NCBI GenBank assembly: GCA_039630055.1
Contig: JBCNVN010000019.1
Coordinates: forward strand, 1-28,245
Source: Candidatus Caldarchaeales archaeon
GTDB lineage: Archaea > Thermoproteota > Nitrososphaeria_A > Caldarchaeales > Wolframiiraptoraceae
DNA: 28,245 nt
Direction of reading: 5' to 3'
The notes beneath the pieces are model-generated. The model saw only the letters and a list, made by a program, of their open reading frames with translations. It was not told where the DNA came from and made no database searches. The position numbers were made by a program, and so were the translations under genes. Below, in pieces: positions 27,845 through 28,245 of the stretch. How positions within the stretch are numbered: the first letter of the stretch is position 1; every line of letters begins with the position of its first letter.

Positions 27845-28245
27845 ATGAGTCTAGATAGATTGAGGGAGTTTGAAGAGTTTAAGAGGTTTCTTTTTTGCTG
27901 TGGTCTACTTGAAGATCGTGTTCATAATGCTTATAGATCGCTGGCCTCTAGATTGGATGATGGTCTCATTAAGATCTTATTAAACTATATCGCTGAAGAT
28001 TCTAAGAAGCATTCAAATATTCTAATTGAGATCTCTAAGGAATTGGGAGCTACCGGTATAGATTTGCGAGAGTGTGAAGAGGCGGTAGGATCTATAGCGA
28101 TACGAATTATAGAAAATGCAGAGAAGATATCGGCTGAGAAAGATAAGATCAGATTCGAGAAATTTGCATCAATGCTTGATGACCTAGTGGATTTGGAGAG
28201 ATACTTCGGAGAAGAATATCTTATCCATATCCAATTAAAGTTATT
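27845..28245 (+). CDS. Ferritin-like/rubrerythrin-fold protein, truncated by the window end (absent from the ORF track)
   Basis: Manual translation MSLDRLREF...LLEDRVHNAYRSLA...LLNYIAEDSKKHSNIL...DLERYFGEEY; open to the end of the window. Confidence 0.65.
   Translation, partial: MSLDRLREFEEFKRFLFCCGLLEDRVHNAYRSLASRLDDGLIKILLNYIAEDSKKHSNILIEISKELGATGIDLRECEEAVGSIAIRIIENAEKISAEKDKIRFEKFASMLDDLVDLERYFGEEYLIHIQLKL

Noticed and set aside
1-28245. CRISPR arrays, IS elements, rRNA, inteins
   Set aside because: No regularly spaced repeats, transposase motifs or long GC-rich structural RNA seen, and RadA is of normal length.

Overview
Archaeal chromosomal window from a TACK-group thermophile. S25e, Rpp29, RadA, arcadin-1 and CydAA' point to an Aigarchaeota/Nitrososphaerota-like lineage (inference). 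In order it holds: the end of a cydA-cydA' oxygen reductase pair; ogg; a fragment of the S10/spc cluster (rpl22-rps3-rpl29-rnp1-rps17-rpl14); an SCP2 protein; taw2; archaeal asnA; rps25e; a cyclophilin-like gene; dedA; apgM; an MFS transporter and a membrane protein; radA with a translationally coupled unknown gene; tldD; a membrane-anchored SNase-type nuclease; a glcD/glcF-like pair; a PDCD5-like gene; gcvH; arcadin-1; a CDP-alcohol phosphatidyltransferase; a decayed folP pseudogene; a four-gene purine operon; tRNA-Arg(TCT); and a partial ferritin-like gene. Best leads: (1) the apparent guaB has GMP-reductase rather than IMPDH signatures, which would make the operon a GMP->IMP->AMP salvage module with an HTH-PRTase, next to a dead folP; (2) rps17 appears to start at ATA; (3) an unknown gene is coupled to radA; (4) arcadin-1 sits outside an arcade cluster; (5) TCTAGA/CTAG is strongly enriched. 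No CRISPR array, rRNA or mobile element was seen. All homology calls are motif recognition by eye, not database searches.
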